DNA from: an uncultured delta proteobacterium
Lineage (GTDB): Bacteria; Desulfobacterota; Binatia; Bin18
Reading direction: 5' to 3'
Assembly: GCA_963733195.1 (NCBI GenBank)
Contig: CAVTCR010000001.1
Coordinates: 1-64,000, forward strand
DNA: 64,000 nucleotides
Part shown: positions 43,162-54,743 of the stretch, piece after piece
How the letters are laid out: each line of letters begins with the position of its first letter
How positions within the stretch are numbered: the first letter of the stretch is position 1
Notes under the pieces: generated by a model
The model's input: only the letters and a program-made list of their open reading frames with translations
Told to the model about the DNA's origin: nothing
The model's database searches: none
Made by a program: the position numbers and the translations under genes

Positions 43162-43380
43162 TTAACTACCTGTTCCGGACGCACCCCATTGTTCCGGTAA
43201 CGGCTGCGGTCCTGGCCGGATGCCGGCGATGTCAGGGTCTTCTGTTCCGGTGCCCCGTGGACCGCTTTGTGCCTTGCGCTGTTTTATTTCCAACCGACGC
43301 GCAGCTTTATCCTGCTGTTTCTGCTGGCGCGCCAGTTCTTTCTGCCGCTTCTGGAACGTTGCACGAGAACTACCCGCCAT
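43162..43380 (-). CDS. Small basic hypothetical protein
   Basis: GAGGAGG RBS; TFQKRQKELARQQKQQDKAARR..EDPDIAGIRPGPQP. Confidence 0.65.
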   Translation of the reverse strand: MAGSSRATFQKRQKELARQQKQQDKAARRLEIKQRKAQSGPRGTGTEDPDIAGIRPGPQPLPEQWGASGTGS

Positions 43381-43478
43381 CGGTCACCTCCTCACCACGC
43401 CCAGCATAAGGGCGGTGATTTGCTTTACGTTTATGTCGCGTTGCCCTGGCTCCAGGACAGCACGATGAATACTTTGTC

Positions 43479-43504
43479 CCAGGGGGAAGAGATTTCCCCC
43501 TGGG
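43479..43504. terminator. Hairpin downstream of the RRM gene
   Basis: CCAGGGGGAA-GAGAT-TTCCCCCTGG; no U-tract. Confidence 0.4.
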
Positions 43505-43608
43505 CATTCGTTATTTGGCCGAAGGAAATTGAGGGGAAGCTAACTTAAGGCTTCTGCTTGAAGTTCCTGGGTGCCAGTTGGCGCCTGTCCTGAGTCCTTC
43601 GATTACTC

Positions 43609-44001
43609 TCAGGGTAAACTCCGTCGAAGGGCTGGCATGACGATCATGAACTCCTCAAAATCACAGGGATGAAGTGCTCGTGTGTTACCAACGCCGCTCG
43701 CGACCGCCTCCCCCACCCCACCACCAAATGAACGCCCTCCTCCACTCCGAGGTTCTTGCGGTTTGGCTTCGTTGACCGTGAGCGCACGACCATGAAGTTC
43801 CGTACCATTGAAGCGCTGCACTGCCTGCTGGGCTTCTTGGTTAGTCGTCATCTCAACAAACCCAAACCCGCGTGACTTCCCAGTCATCTTATCCATAATA
43901 ATACTCGCCGATGTGACCGTGCCGACTTGGCGGAACAGATCTTCTAAATCCGCATTCGTCGCTTGAAATGAGAGATTACCAACAAATAGCTTCGTTGCCA
44001 C
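43609..44001 (-). CDS. RRM RNA-binding protein with Gly-rich tail
   Basis: KLFVGNL (RNP2), SRGFGFVEM (RNP1), LTVNEAKP; tail probably frameshifted. Confidence 0.93.
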   Translation of the reverse strand: MATKLFVGNLSFQATNADLEDLFRQVGTVTSASIIMDKMTGKSRGFGFVEMTTNQEAQQAVQRFNGTELHGRALTVNEAKPQEPRSGGGRSFGGGVGEAVASGVGNTRALHPCDFEEFMIVMPALRRSLP

Positions 44002-44016
44002 AAAATACCTCCAGAC

Positions 44017-44057
44017 AAAAAAAGGCCCCGGAACCTACTGAGAGGGTTCCCGGGGCC
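44017..44057 (-). terminator. Intrinsic terminator-like hairpin in the RRM gene leader
   Basis: Minus strand GGCCCCGGGAACC-loop-GGTTCCGGGGCC TTTTTTT, 15 nt before the start codon. Confidence 0.7.
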
Positions 44058-44467
44058 TCATCTGTTTCGAACCAGCTCAATATTACGGACGGTAAGAACC
44101 GAACAATAAAAAAACTTTAGCAGGCTGTTGCCGTAAGAACAAGTAAGGGAATCTCACTCCGTCCGCACCTTTCTCAGCGCCGCTCAATCAACGCCAGGAA
44201 ACCAAGCACAGGTTGCCAGCCTCTCATCCACGGCCAGTACACAAAGGGATGCACCTATACAGATACGTCCAGCGTTCGCTCATTGGCCTCCTCTGCGGCC
44301 TGCTTACCTGATCACATTCTGCCAAAACTCAGCGAGGAGCTTGCAGCCTACGCATTAGAACGCATGGCCTCATTGGGCATCGTCCTTAGGAGAAAGCTAA
44401 AATGATCACTCGTCGTGAATGCGTTGCCTGGTGCCTATGGGCGCGAGGTGTGACACAATTGATCAGC

Positions 44468-45619
44468 TTATCCCGCCTGCAACCCTAATCCCCGAATCGC
44501 CATGATATTGCGTAACACATTACTCGTACCGCCTTGGATGGTGTATGCCGGTGCATACAGGTACTCGTGCGCAGCCCGACCAGCGAGGCGGGCCGCAGGC
44601 GAGCCAGGGAGCAGTACCGAGTAATCCCCCAGCAGACTACTGACTGTTTGGGCGATGCGTTGCTCAACTTCGGTACAGAAACATTTTGCCATCGCTGCCT
44701 CGTAGTTCGGTACGTGGCCCTGGCTGAGCAACCAAGCCACCTTGTACACCAGGAAGCGGCCCACATCGAGCTCAATCTGGAGCTGCGCGAGTTGATTGCG
44801 CACCAACGGGTCGGTCGAGAGTCCCTGTTCCTGGGCGTATCGCACGGTGTCGCGAAAGACTGGATAATTACTCAGCAGCCGCTCGATGCCGCTTCGCTCA
44901 TAATCAAGCTGTGAAGCAATCTGGTACCACCCGCGGTTCTTTTCGCCAATCAGCCATTTCTTTGCGACACGAGCATTATCAAAAAAGACTTCATTGAAGT
45001 GATGCTCACCGGTGAGATCGATGAGCGGGCGCACGCTGACTCCAGGCGTCGTCATATCAATAACAAATTCACTAATGCCTTTGTGCTTGGGAGCATTCGA
45101 GTCCGTGCGCGCCACTAAATAGCAATAGTCAGCTACATGCGCAAAGCTCGTCCAGATTTTCTGACCTGTAATGGAAAACGCATCACCCTCTTCTTCTGCT
45201 TTCGTTCGCAGTGACGCGAGGTCCGACCCTGATCCCGGCTCGCTCATGCCGATGCAGAAGACGATCTCCCCTCTGGTGACGCGTGGGAGAAGCTCTGCCT
45301 TTTGCTCTTCACTGCCGTACGCGAGCAACGCAGGACCCACCTGGCGGTCGCCAAGCCAGTGCGCTGCCACCGGAGCACCGGCGCGGAGGAGTTCTTCAGT
45401 CAAGATCACACGATCGAGATAGCTGCGTCCTTGCCCACCATATTTTTTGGGCCAGGTCAGACCGATCAATCCGCGCTCTCCGAGCTTACGAGAGAACTCG
45501 CGAGAAAAGCCGGTCACCCAGCCATCTTCCGTCGCTATACTCGGAGTGACTTCATTCGCCAAAAAGGTGCGGACCTCTTGACGAAACGTTTGTTGCTCAG
45601 GGGTCAAGGCAAAATCCAT
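44468..45619 (-). CDS. Acyl-CoA dehydrogenase
   Basis: GMSEPGSGSDLA, GQKIWTS, FNEVFFD, TIQGGTSNVLRNI. Confidence 0.93.
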   Translation of the reverse strand: MDFALTPEQQTFRQEVRTFLANEVTPSIATEDGWVTGFSREFSRKLGERGLIGLTWPKKYGGQGRSYLDRVILTEELLRAGAPVAAHWLGDRQVGPALLAYGSEEQKAELLPRVTRGEIVFCIGMSEPGSGSDLASLRTKAEEEGDAFSITGQKIWTSFAHVADYCYLVARTDSNAPKHKGISEFVIDMTTPGVSVRPLIDLTGEHHFNEVFFDNARVAKKWLIGEKNRGWYQIASQLDYERSGIERLLSNYPVFRDTVRYAQEQGLSTDPLVRNQLAQLQIELDVGRFLVYKVAWLLSQGHVPNYEAAMAKCFCTEVEQRIAQTVSSLLGDYSVLLPGSPAARLAGRAAHEYLYAPAYTIQGGTSNVLRNIMAIRGLGLQAG

Positions 45620-45724
45620 ATGAAGCTCCTCCCTATCTCACGTGTGCGGCCGTCAGAACGGCGGCATGTGTTGCACTTCTTGATGCCCTAGATATCCAGC
45701 CGAAACGCCGTATACAAATCAACA

Positions 45725-46411
45725 CTATGTGATCCGCTTAAGTACTGCCTCAGGTGGTCGCACGTACGACGGAACAAGTGTCGCAAGGTCATCACTATCA
45801 GCATGGGACAATCGCATCCATGCCAGTTTGGCAACTACGGCCCCACGTGGATGATACGTCGAAAATGGCAACAAGTGCGCCTGAGTACCACAGTACTCAC
45901 GAATTACCGCGCCATAGGTCTCTACTCCATCACCCAAGAACAAGCACGACGCTGAGATCTGAGCCAAGACAATATTCAGCTCAGAAACCTGCGCGGGAAA
46001 CACTGTCACAAGTTCACCATTTCGGCTCCGCTGGAACAGAGCAGCATAGACTTCACGTTTTCGTGCGTCGAGGATGGGGCAGACTAGCCCTTCCCAATCG
46101 TCCACAGTGTGAGCCAAAGCATCAAGAGTCGGAACTCCGACGACTCGCTGGCCCGTCGCATAAGCCAAACCTTTGACCGTCCCTAGCGCGATACGCAAAC
46201 CAGTAAACGACCCTGGGCCGATAGAAACCCCGATACCTTCGATGTCTCGCAGCGACACCTTTGCTTGAGAGAGGACATCGGCAATCAGCGGCAAAAGCGT
46301 TTCGGTGTGGTTAGAAGTCGCTCGGTTCGAGGCTTCCGCCAAGGTTTCTTCACCGCATGTTATCCCAACGCTAGCGATTTGTGTGGCGGTATCGATGCCG
46401 AGGATGAGCAT
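45725..46411 (-). CDS. tsaB: tRNA t6A biosynthesis protein TsaB
   Basis: ILGIDTAT, GPGSFTGLRI, DARKREVY. Confidence 0.93.
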   Translation of the reverse strand: MLILGIDTATQIASVGITCGEETLAEASNRATSNHTETLLPLIADVLSQAKVSLRDIEGIGVSIGPGSFTGLRIALGTVKGLAYATGQRVVGVPTLDALAHTVDDWEGLVCPILDARKREVYAALFQRSRNGELVTVFPAQVSELNIVLAQISASCLFLGDGVETYGAVIREYCGTQAHLLPFSTYHPRGAVVAKLAWMRLSHADSDDLATLVPSYVRPPEAVLKRIT

Positions 46412-46504
46412 AAGGGAAAGTAACCAGTAATCAGCATGGAGCTTAAAAGTCTTCTGTAACTTTCCTCTTTACTGACTACTGAATGCTGACTACTATGAAC
46501 TACC

Positions 46505-47572
46505 TCATCCCGTCACAATCCGAGCGATGTCGTTATACATCACGAATACGATGAGGGTGATGATAACTAAAAAGCCGAAGCGCAAGGCCATTTCCCTCAT
46601 ACGTATGCTCGGCGGACGGCCTAGAAGTCCCTCAATCGTGAAAAACATCAGATGTCCGCCGTCAAGAATGGGGATCGGCAGCAAGTTAAATACGGCAAGA
46701 TTAACGTTGATAATGGCGGCAAACCGCAGGAGATAGTCGAGCCCAAGCTTCGCCTGCCGTCCGGCCTCTTGCGCAATAAGGATCGGACCACCTAGTTCTT
46801 TGGGAGATACATTCCCGGTGACTAACATCAGCAAGTTCTGAAAAATCAATTTTGTCCACGCCCAGGTTTCCTGTGCGGCAACACTTAATGCACGACCAAA
46901 AGAGACAGACTCGACCTTCACATCTGCCGTGATACCGATCGCGTATCGTGAAGTGCCAGTCGTGGGGTCATCCCGCGATTCCGGTACCAGTGTAAGTTCA
47001 ACCGTTTTTCCGTTACTCTTTTTCACCGACAGTGATACTGGCTGTCCTTGACTTTGCTGAATCTTGTCGGCCAACTCTTTCCAAGTTGTTACCGGAGCAC
47101 CTGCCACACTGAGAACTTCGTCACCTTTCTCAAGGCCGGCTTTGGCAGCAGGCAGATTAGGTACTGTCCCTCCGATACGCGGGAGATCCAACGGCACGTG
47201 CAGTCCAAAGCTAACAAAGAGCACCACAAAGGTGATGAAGGCCCAAACGATATTAGAAAACGGACCGGCAAAGACAATCAGAAACCGCCGAGGGAGGGAT
47301 TTGTGCGAAAATGATTTTTCAATATCGATCGGTGCGCTGGTTTCTTCTCCTTGTTCCTCTCCGACCATCTTGACATATCCGCCAAGCGGAATCGCACTCA
47401 ACTGATACTCGGTGTCACCGATTTGCTTGCCAAAGATTTTTGGTCCGAACCCAAGGGAGAACCGTTCAACTCCAACCCCGACGGCTTTGGCCGCAAGAAA
47501 ATGTCCCAATTCGTGAACAAAGATAATCAACCCGAACACGATGATAACCTGCAGGATGACAACTGGATCCAT
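46505..47572 (-). CDS. rseP: RIP metalloprotease RseP
   Basis: HELGH, PDZ domain, NLLPIPILDGGH. Confidence 0.95.
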   Translation of the reverse strand: MDPVVILQVIIVFGLIIFVHELGHFLAAKAVGVGVERFSLGFGPKIFGKQIGDTEYQLSAIPLGGYVKMVGEEQGEETSAPIDIEKSFSHKSLPRRFLIVFAGPFSNIVWAFITFVVLFVSFGLHVPLDLPRIGGTVPNLPAAKAGLEKGDEVLSVAGAPVTTWKELADKIQQSQGQPVSLSVKKSNGKTVELTLVPESRDDPTTGTSRYAIGITADVKVESVSFGRALSVAAQETWAWTKLIFQNLLMLVTGNVSPKELGGPILIAQEAGRQAKLGLDYLLRFAAIINVNLAVFNLLPIPILDGGHLMFFTIEGLLGRPPSIRMREMALRFGFLVIITLIVFVMYNDIARIVTG

Positions 47573-47604
47573 ATTTTTCCTACACTCCTCTCAACTGCGA
47601 GAGC

Positions 47605-48396
47605 CTAGGTCTGTAGCGTAATATAGTAATAGAGCATGGCCGAGGGAAAAAGCAAACTATCTACACGATCAAGTACACCACCATGGCCCGGGAAGAGATG
47701 ACCGGAATCTTTCGCCCCACACGCCCGCTTGAGGGCAGACTCACACAAATCTCCAACTTGAGCAACACTCCCCAGACCTAGTGCCAAGAGAAACAGCTCA
47801 CCAAACGTACGGTCATGTAAGAACCATATCCAACTGCCAACCGCTGCAGCGACGTTGCCGAGGTACGCGCCAAGACTCCCTTCAACAGTCTTCCCAGGAC
47901 TAATATGCGGAATGAGTTTATGCTGTCCCCACATACGACCTGCACCATAGGCAGCAGAATCTCCTAACATAACCACCAAGAGAAGAAAAAACACCCAGGC
48001 ATGTCCGTTTGAGAGTTCGCGCAGCCATATGAGATGAGGCAAGAGGAAACCAACATAGACTACACCCAGAAATGACAAACTCACGGCGACGAGTCCACGC
48101 TCTGGCTGGTGGTTCCGCAATGCTAAGGTAAACACCGCAAACAATCCGATCACAAGGGCAATCACGCTGAGTGAGAGAGAAAACGTGGTCATCGTCAACG
48201 CTACTGCTATCCCCCAGCCGATGCCAACCGCTGATGGAAGTGACAACAGCGGGTGGACGAGCGAGAAATATTCCCACAGACCGAGAACAGTCAACGCCAC
48301 AATTACCGTGGTAAAAAGCCATTGCGGGGCACAACACACCAGGGCAATTAACAGGGGTACCCCAACGGCAGCAGTGAGGAGTCTGGCACGCAACAC
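47605..48396 (-). CDS. cdsA: Phosphatidate cytidylyltransferase
   Basis: SPGKTVEG, GDLCESALKR..KDSG..PGHGGVLDRVDS. Confidence 0.95.
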   Translation of the reverse strand: MLRARLLTAAVGVPLLIALVCCAPQWLFTTVIVALTVLGLWEYFSLVHPLLSLPSAVGIGWGIAVALTMTTFSLSLSVIALVIGLFAVFTLALRNHQPERGLVAVSLSFLGVVYVGFLLPHLIWLRELSNGHAWVFFLLLVVMLGDSAAYGAGRMWGQHKLIPHISPGKTVEGSLGAYLGNVAAAVGSWIWFLHDRTFGELFLLALGLGSVAQVGDLCESALKRACGAKDSGHLFPGHGGVLDRVDSLLFPSAMLYYYITLQT

Positions 48397-48404
48397 AATG
48401 CAGC

Positions 48405-49193
48405 TTAACGCGTTGCGCGTCTCGGTTCAGATACGGTTTGTTGTTCAGCCGTGCGACCGAAGCGACGTTCACGGCTCTGGTAGTTCGCGAGCGCGCGAAG
48501 AAATTCGTCACGCGTGAAATCCGGCCAGAACGTGTCTGTCACATACAGTTCGGTGTATGCCAGTTGCCAAAGGAGGAAATTACTTAACCGGAACTCTCCA
48601 CTCGTACGAATCAGAAAATCGGGATCAGGAATGTCAGCGGTCCACAACGCTTGGGTGAGGTGCTGCTCGGTAATGTCTTGGGGAGCGAGTTCGCCGCGTT
48701 GGGCCGCGAGAGCGAGCGTACGTGCCGCTTGGACGATTTCTTCGCGTGCCCCATAACTGAGGGCAAGGATGACCGTCAGGCCGGTATTGTTCTGTGTCGC
48801 AGAAATGACATCGTCAAGCGACTTGCGGACCTCTGGGGGCAAACGATCAAGATCACCAACAGCACGGAGACGAACATTCTTTTTCATCATTTGCTGCAGC
48901 TCATTTCGTAAGTAGCGCTGCAGCAAAGCCATCAGGGCTCGCACTTCCGTTGGTGGGCGTTGCCAATTCTCTGTAGAAAAAGCATAGAGGGTGACGTACG
49001 AGATCCCGATTTCTCGACACGTCTCGACCACAGCTTCGACTGCGTCTCGTCCACGTTTATGGCCTTCCACACGACCGAGGCTGCGGCGCTGTGCCCAACG
49101 TCCGTTCCCATCCATAATGATGGCGACATGTCGAGGAATACGGTCTTTTTCTAGACCGTTGTTAGTATTGGAATGAGAAAGAGAGCGATCCAC
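48405..49193 (-). CDS. uppS: Undecaprenyl diphosphate synthase
   Basis: HVAIIMDGNGRWA, FSTENW, IRTSGE.RLSNFLLWQ. Confidence 0.96.
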   Translation of the reverse strand: MDRSLSHSNTNNGLEKDRIPRHVAIIMDGNGRWAQRRSLGRVEGHKRGRDAVEAVVETCREIGISYVTLYAFSTENWQRPPTEVRALMALLQRYLRNELQQMMKKNVRLRAVGDLDRLPPEVRKSLDDVISATQNNTGLTVILALSYGAREEIVQAARTLALAAQRGELAPQDITEQHLTQALWTADIPDPDFLIRTSGEFRLSNFLLWQLAYTELYVTDTFWPDFTRDEFLRALANYQSRERRFGRTAEQQTVSEPRRATR

Positions 49194-49225
49194 AGAAAAG
49201 GTGTTATGTCGAAAAACGTGAGAGG

Positions 49226-49783
49226 TTAGACGGCCATGAGTTCATCTTCTTTTGCTTTGATGACTTTTTCGATTTTGTCGACATACTCGTCAGTCAACTT
49301 CTGTACCCGGTCCTGCGTTGTGCGCACCTCGTCTTCAGTAATTTGCTTATCTTTCTGCAACTTCTTGACGCGCTCATTAGCATCACGGCGATGGTTCCGT
49401 GCCGAGACGCGGTATTCCTCACCGACCTTTTTGACATGACGGACTAATTCTTTGCGTCGTTCTTCTGTGAGTTCGGGAAGGGGAACGCGGATCATTTTGC
49501 CGTCATTGACCGGTGTCAGCCCAAGGTCAGATTGATAAATCGCCTTCTCTATCGCGCTCATCACACTTTTATCATAGGGCTGCACAACCAACAGGCGCGA
49601 CTCAGGTGCTGAGAGCGCGGCTAGTTGATTTAAAGGGGATTTGGTCCCGTAGTAGTCGACCAGTATCCCCTCGATCAGGGCAGTGTTCGCCCGACCAGTG
49701 CGAACTTTAGTTAATTCTTTGCGTAGCCCGTCAAGGGTATTTTCCATATCTTTTTTCAGTGCATCTACGACTTGGGCATTCAT
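49226..49783 (-). CDS. frr: Ribosome recycling factor
   Basis: [21 protein letters not shown]. Confidence 0.96.
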   Translation of the reverse strand: MNAQVVDALKKDMENTLDGLRKELTKVRTGRANTALIEGILVDYYGTKSPLNQLAALSAPESRLLVVQPYDKSVMSAIEKAIYQSDLGLTPVNDGKMIRVPLPELTEERRKELVRHVKKVGEEYRVSARNHRRDANERVKKLQKDKQITEDEVRTTQDRVQKLTDEYVDKIEKVIKAKEDELMAV

Positions 49784-50511
49784 GAGCGACCTCCATGCAC
49801 TAAGGTTCCCACTGGCTCGCCGAGTACGGCTCGCTTGATATTTCCCGGCTCGATCAAGCTAAAGACTAAAATCGGTAGCTGGTTGTCCATGCAGAGGGAA
49901 ATAGCTGTCGAATCCATCACTTTTAGGTTCTGTTGTAATACCTCAATGTAGGTGAGTTGTTGATAGCGTTTCGCGTCTTTCACCTTCATCGGGTCAGCAT
50001 CATAGATTCCATCAACTTTTGTCGCTTTAAAAATGATATCAGCTTCGATTTCCATCGCTCGTAAGCTGGCTGCCGTGTCAGTCGTAAAATAAGGGTTCCC
50101 TGTTCCGGCAGCAAAAATCACCACGCGCCGTTTCTCAAGATGCCGAGTGGCACGCCGACGAATATAGGGTTCTGCTACCTGGGCAATCGTTAGGGCCGAC
50201 ATCACACGGGTCGGTGTCCCAAGCTTCTCCAACGCTTCTTGCATCGCAAGGCTATTGATGACAGTCGCGAGCATTCCCATGTAATCGCCGGTGGCACGAC
50301 CCATCCCTTTGGCACTGGCAGCCACACCACGGAAAATATTCCCGCCACCAACAACCACCGCAACTTCACAGCCGAAGTCATGGATTTCTTTCACCTCGTG
50401 CGCAACACGGCTTAGCATCTCTTCTTCGATGCCATACCCGAAGTCACCGGCAAGCGCTTCACCGCCAATCTTCAGGAGGATGCGCCGGTAACGAGGCGTC
50501 AGAGTAGTCAT
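49780..50511 (-). CDS. pyrH: UMP kinase
   Basis: [28 protein letters not shown]. Confidence 0.96.
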   Translation of the reverse strand: MTTLTPRYRRILLKIGGEALAGDFGYGIEEEMLSRVAHEVKEIHDFGCEVAVVVGGGNIFRGVAASAKGMGRATGDYMGMLATVINSLAMQEALEKLGTPTRVMSALTIAQVAEPYIRRRATRHLEKRRVVIFAAGTGNPYFTTDTAASLRAMEIEADIIFKATKVDGIYDADPMKVKDAKRYQQLTYIEVLQQNLKVMDSTAISLCMDNQLPILVFSLIEPGNIKRAVLGEPVGTLVHGGRS

Positions 50512-51140
50512 TCGGTCTGTTCCGCAGTCGCACCGTCCCCTTCCCCGATCTGGAAGCGTGCAAAACGGCGCACAACAATGTTTTCCCCAGTGCGAGCAAC
50601 AACTTCTTTAATGAGTTGTTCTATAGTCTTCCCCGGTTCGCGGATAAAGGGCTGCTCTAGCAAGCAGACGTCACTGTAGAATTTTTCCAACTTGCCCTCG
50701 ACAATACGGTCCACTACCGCAGCGGGTTTTCCTGACTGCAGAGTCTGGACCTTGTAAATCTCACGTTCGCGTTCCTTCTCCACATCGGACACTTCCTCGC
50801 GACGCACATAGCGAGGATTCGCTGCCGCAACTTGCATGGCAACATCCTTCACTAACTTCTGAAACTCTTCGGTGCGTGCAACAAAGTCAGTCTCACAGTT
50901 GATTTCAACCAGGACACCGATCTGCCCCCCACCGTGGATATATGAGCCAACGACTCCTTGAGCAGCTGCTCGGCTCGCTTTTTTCGCAGCTGAAGCGAGG
51001 CCCTTTTCACGAAGGTAGTCGATCGCTTTTTCGACATTACCCCCGCTCTCTGTCAGTGCTTTCTGGCAATCGACAACGCCAGCGCCAGTCCGCTCTCGTA
51101 ATTCTTTGACTTGCGCCATCGACACAGTTTTTGTACTCAC
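50508..51140 (-). CDS. tsf: Elongation factor Ts (short form)
   Basis: [22 protein letters not shown]. Confidence 0.96.
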   Translation of the reverse strand: MSTKTVSMAQVKELRERTGAGVVDCQKALTESGGNVEKAIDYLREKGLASAAKKASRAAAQGVVGSYIHGGGQIGVLVEINCETDFVARTEEFQKLVKDVAMQVAAANPRYVRREEVSDVEKEREREIYKVQTLQSGKPAAVVDRIVEGKLEKFYSDVCLLEQPFIREPGKTIEQLIKEVVARTGENIVVRRFARFQIGEGDGATAEQTE

Positions 51141-51931
51141 TGCGCACCTCCTTCATCTCCGACGGAAGGTGATGTTTCCTCTGGTGATGATGACGCACGC
51201 ACTTCAACCTGATCTTCTTCCCCGTCTCCTTGCTGCCGCTCGTCGTACGTCGTTTTTCCTTCGAGCACGGCCTCGGCGATCACATTGGTGAACAAACGAA
51301 TCGCACGAATCGCATCGTCGTTCCCCGGAACTTTATGGGAGACCACATCAGGATCACAATTTGAGTCGACGGGAGCGACCACCGGAATTCCAAGCTTATT
51401 TGCTTCTTTTACTGCGATCTCTTCTTTTTTGGTGTCCACCACAAACAGTGCATCAGGAAGTTTGCGCATGTTCTTGATTCCACCAAACGAGGCCATAAGC
51501 TTATCGCGTTCTCGACTCATGCCAAGAATTTCACGCTTTGTGAGAGCATCTGCAACTGCCGGATTCTCAATCATTTCTTCGAGCTTCTTCAACCGTTCAA
51601 TCGACTTCCGAATCGTTTGGAAGTTCGTTAGCATACCACCCGGCCAGCGGTCATTGACGAAGAACATCCCGCACCGCTCAGCCTCTTCGCGCACGACTTC
51701 TTGGGCTTGCTTCTTAGTGCCCACGAAAAGAAATTGGCCGCCTTGAGACGCGAGATCGCGCACGAACGAACAGACTTCCCGTAACATACCAACCGTCTGC
51801 TGCAAATCGATGATATGAATGCCGTTGCGCGCGCCAAAGATGTACGGCTTCATCTTCGGATCCCATCGACTGGTTTGATGTCCAAAATGCACTCCGGCTT
51901 CAAGGAGTTGCTTAATCGTCACCTCGGCCAT
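51137..51931 (-). CDS. rpsB: 30S ribosomal protein S2
   Basis: [28 protein letters not shown]. Confidence 0.97.
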   Translation of the reverse strand: MAEVTIKQLLEAGVHFGHQTSRWDPKMKPYIFGARNGIHIIDLQQTVGMLREVCSFVRDLASQGGQFLFVGTKKQAQEVVREEAERCGMFFVNDRWPGGMLTNFQTIRKSIERLKKLEEMIENPAVADALTKREILGMSRERDKLMASFGGIKNMRKLPDALFVVDTKKEEIAVKEANKLGIPVVAPVDSNCDPDVVSHKVPGNDDAIRAIRLFTNVIAEAVLEGKTTYDERQQGDGEEDQVEVRASSSPEETSPSVGDEGGAQ

Positions 51932-52035
51932 GAATTCTGCCTTTCTCTATAATTTACGTGCTCTCGCAGGACTGTAGAGTAACTGGGCGATTTTTGTAGC
52001 AAAAGGGGGTGGCCTTTGCAACGCACGGGTGTTCG

Positions 52036-53365
52036 TTATTGATTCATCGACTCAAGGAATTCCTGGTTATTTTTCGTTCCTTGCATCTTATCTATGAGAA
52101 ATTCCATCGCTTCCACTGTATTCAACTGCGAGAGTAACTTCCGCAAAATCCATACGCGGTTGAGCACTTCACGGGGGAGTAGCAGTTCTTCTTTGCGAGT
52201 TCCAGAACGATTAATATCAAGCGCTGGAAAAATCCTCTTGTCCATCAACCGACGGTCCAAATGGATTTCCATGTTCCCGGTTCCCTTAAACTCCTCAAAG
52301 ATCACTTCGTCCATCCGACTGCCAGTATCAATCAGTGCCGTGCCAAGAATGGTGAGACTTCCGCCATCTTCGATATTGCGTGCAGCACCGAAGAATTTCT
52401 TCGGTCCTCGAAGTGCGTTGGCATCAACACCACCCGACAGCAGTTTCCCGCTGGGCGGGACTACTGCATTATATGCACGGGCAAGGCGGGTAATGCTATC
52501 GAGCAAAATGACGACATCTCGCCCATGCTCGACCAAGCGTTTTGCTTTCTCAATCACCATTTCTGCAACTTGTACGTGACGCGTAGCTGGTTCGTCGAAC
52601 GTTGAGCTGACGACTTCCGCACGCACACTGCGCTGCATGTCCGTCACTTCTTCTGGCCGTTCGTCAATTAACAAGACGATGAGAATGACTTCTTTGTGAT
52701 TCTGGGCGATCCCATGCGCGATGCTCTGGAGCATCATGGTTTTACCAGTGCGTGGAGCCGCAACCACAAGACCACGCTGTCCTTTACCGATCGGCGTCAA
52801 GAGGTCGATAATCCGCGCGGTATACTCTTCAGGAGAGTGTTCCAACTTCAACTGCTCCTGCGGGATACAACGGCGTAAGGTTATCGAAGAGAATCTTTCT
52901 CACGCGCTTTCTCAGGTTCCTCGTAGTTGATCGCTTCGACTTTGAGGAGTGCAAAGTAGCGCTCGCCTTCTTTTGGTGGGCGAATCTGCCCAGCAACAAC
53001 ATCACCGGTACGGAGATTGAAGCGGCGAATTTGGCTTGGTGACACATAAATGTCATCAGGGCCAGGCAGGTAGTTGTAATCAGGAGAACGAAGAAAACCG
53101 AAGCCATCGGAAAGAATCTCTAAGACTCCTTCACCGTAGATGAATCCACTCCGTTCAGCCTGTGCCTGAAGAATGGCAAAGATGAGGTCTTGCTTACGGA
53201 GACTCGACGCCCCATCCACGTTGAAGTCGCGCGCAATTTGCGCGAGCTCACTAATTTTCTTTTCTTTCAGGGCCTTGAGATTAAGCCCGTCTTCTTCTTC
53301 GACCACATCGACCCGGACTTCTCGAGGTTCGTCGGTATCATTTTTTGTGTGGACGTCCGACCCAT
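52036..53365 (-). CDS. rho: Transcription termination factor Rho (frameshifts, probably sequencing errors)
   Basis: [46 protein letters not shown]. Confidence 0.95.
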
Positions 53366-53579
53366 GCAGGTGTTCCTCCCTTATGCGCTTTGCACTTGAA
53401 CTCGATCTTTGAGTTTACCCCTCCACTCCGAGAGGCCTTGCCGTTAGACAGCTCCTGATTGGGCGATAACAGTCGCACCTTACGGACGACCCGATGGCGC
53501 TCAATACGCTGCTGAGAAAGGGAAAAAGTGGTGAGAGATTTCTTTCGGTTCTAGTGCTACGAGATCGTGTTTTACGGTA

Positions 53580-54563
53580 CTAGATTCTCTTATTACTGTC
53601 AATGACAAAGTCAGTTCCGGTCATCTTTCCCCTTACTCTCGCTCTATCGGCAAATAACGTAAGAAGGCAAGAAAAATCCTTTGGGTAAGGAGCACGAATC
53701 GAGAGGGGAGCTTGGGACACCGGATGGATGAACTGTATAGCCGCAGCATGGAGCGCTTGCCGAGGGAAATGCTGTACCTCGGTTGGCACTTGCCGAGAAA
53801 AACTACGCGCACCGTATACCGGGTCACCAACGATTTGATGTCCAATCGCAGCCAGATGCACACGCAATTGGTGTGTGCGTCCAGTTTCGAGTCCCAACTG
53901 CACGAGCGAGAGATAAGCCTCTTCTCCTATAACCTGATAATGGCTCACTGCCGCCCGGCCTGTATGTACTTGTACTGCCATCTTCTTACGGTCGATAGGG
54001 TGTCGGCCAATAGGCAAGGAAATCGTCCCAACTTTCGGCGTCAGATGTCCCCATACCACAGCCATATAAGTTTTGTGCACCTGTCGCTCTTTAAACTGTC
54101 GTGCCAGGGCTTCTTGGGTTTTGACATCTTTCGCAACCAACAGCACACCAGAAGTGTCCTTATCCAACCTATGAACAATTCCGGGACGAAATGATCCTGG
54201 CGCAATTTTCCATCCCCAGCGTGCAAGCAACGCATTCACCACCGTTCCAGACCATTGTCCTGGTGCTGGATGTACCACCATACCGGCAGGCTTATTAATC
54301 GCAGCGAGAAATTCATCTTCGTAGAGCACCTCAAGAGGAATATCCTGCGCAACTGCCGCAGCAGGAGGTTCTTCGAATGGCAGAACTTCGATTTGATCCC
54401 CCTCATGCAGAATATAGCCTGCTTTTGGCACCTTTCCACCCACACGGATACACTCGTGATCGATAAGCATCTTCACGTGAGAGCGTGAGGTTGACAGCAA
54501 CTCAGCCAGCCCACGATCTAGGCGTTGGCCGGTCAACTGTGAAGAGATCACAAATTGTTGCAT
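53580..54563 (-). CDS. rluD: RluA/RluD-family pseudouridine synthase
   Basis: S4 domain, NKPAGMVVHP, HRLDKDTSG, TGRTHQLRVH. Confidence 0.9.
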   Translation of the reverse strand: MQQFVISSQLTGQRLDRGLAELLSTSRSHVKMLIDHECIRVGGKVPKAGYILHEGDQIEVLPFEEPPAAAVAQDIPLEVLYEDEFLAAINKPAGMVVHPAPGQWSGTVVNALLARWGWKIAPGSFRPGIVHRLDKDTSGVLLVAKDVKTQEALARQFKERQVHKTYMAVVWGHLTPKVGTISLPIGRHPIDRKKMAVQVHTGRAAVSHYQVIGEEAYLSLVQLGLETGRTHQLRVHLAAIGHQIVGDPVYGARSFSRQVPTEVQHFPRQALHAAAIQFIHPVSQAPLSIRAPYPKDFSCLLTLFADRARVRGKMTGTDFVIDSNKRI

Positions 54564-54575
54564 GGTAGCGTACTG

Positions 54576-54638
54576 TGGCGGGCGCAGCCCGCCCTACGTG
54601 TCTCCACGGGCGCAAGGTAGGGCAGGCTGTGCCTGCCA
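54576..54638. repeat. Pair of GTAG-type REP-like palindromes
   Basis: GGCGGGCGCAGCCCGCCCTAC and GTAGGGCAGGCTGTGCCTGCC. Confidence 0.6.
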
Positions 54639-54743
54639 TCACGGGTCGGGACTCCATATCTTGGTGTGTTCCGCATATAGAGAGGCACTCCGGTGGAGTA
54701 TCTCTATCCAATCACGATTGCTGATTTTGGCTGTCAAATTGCG

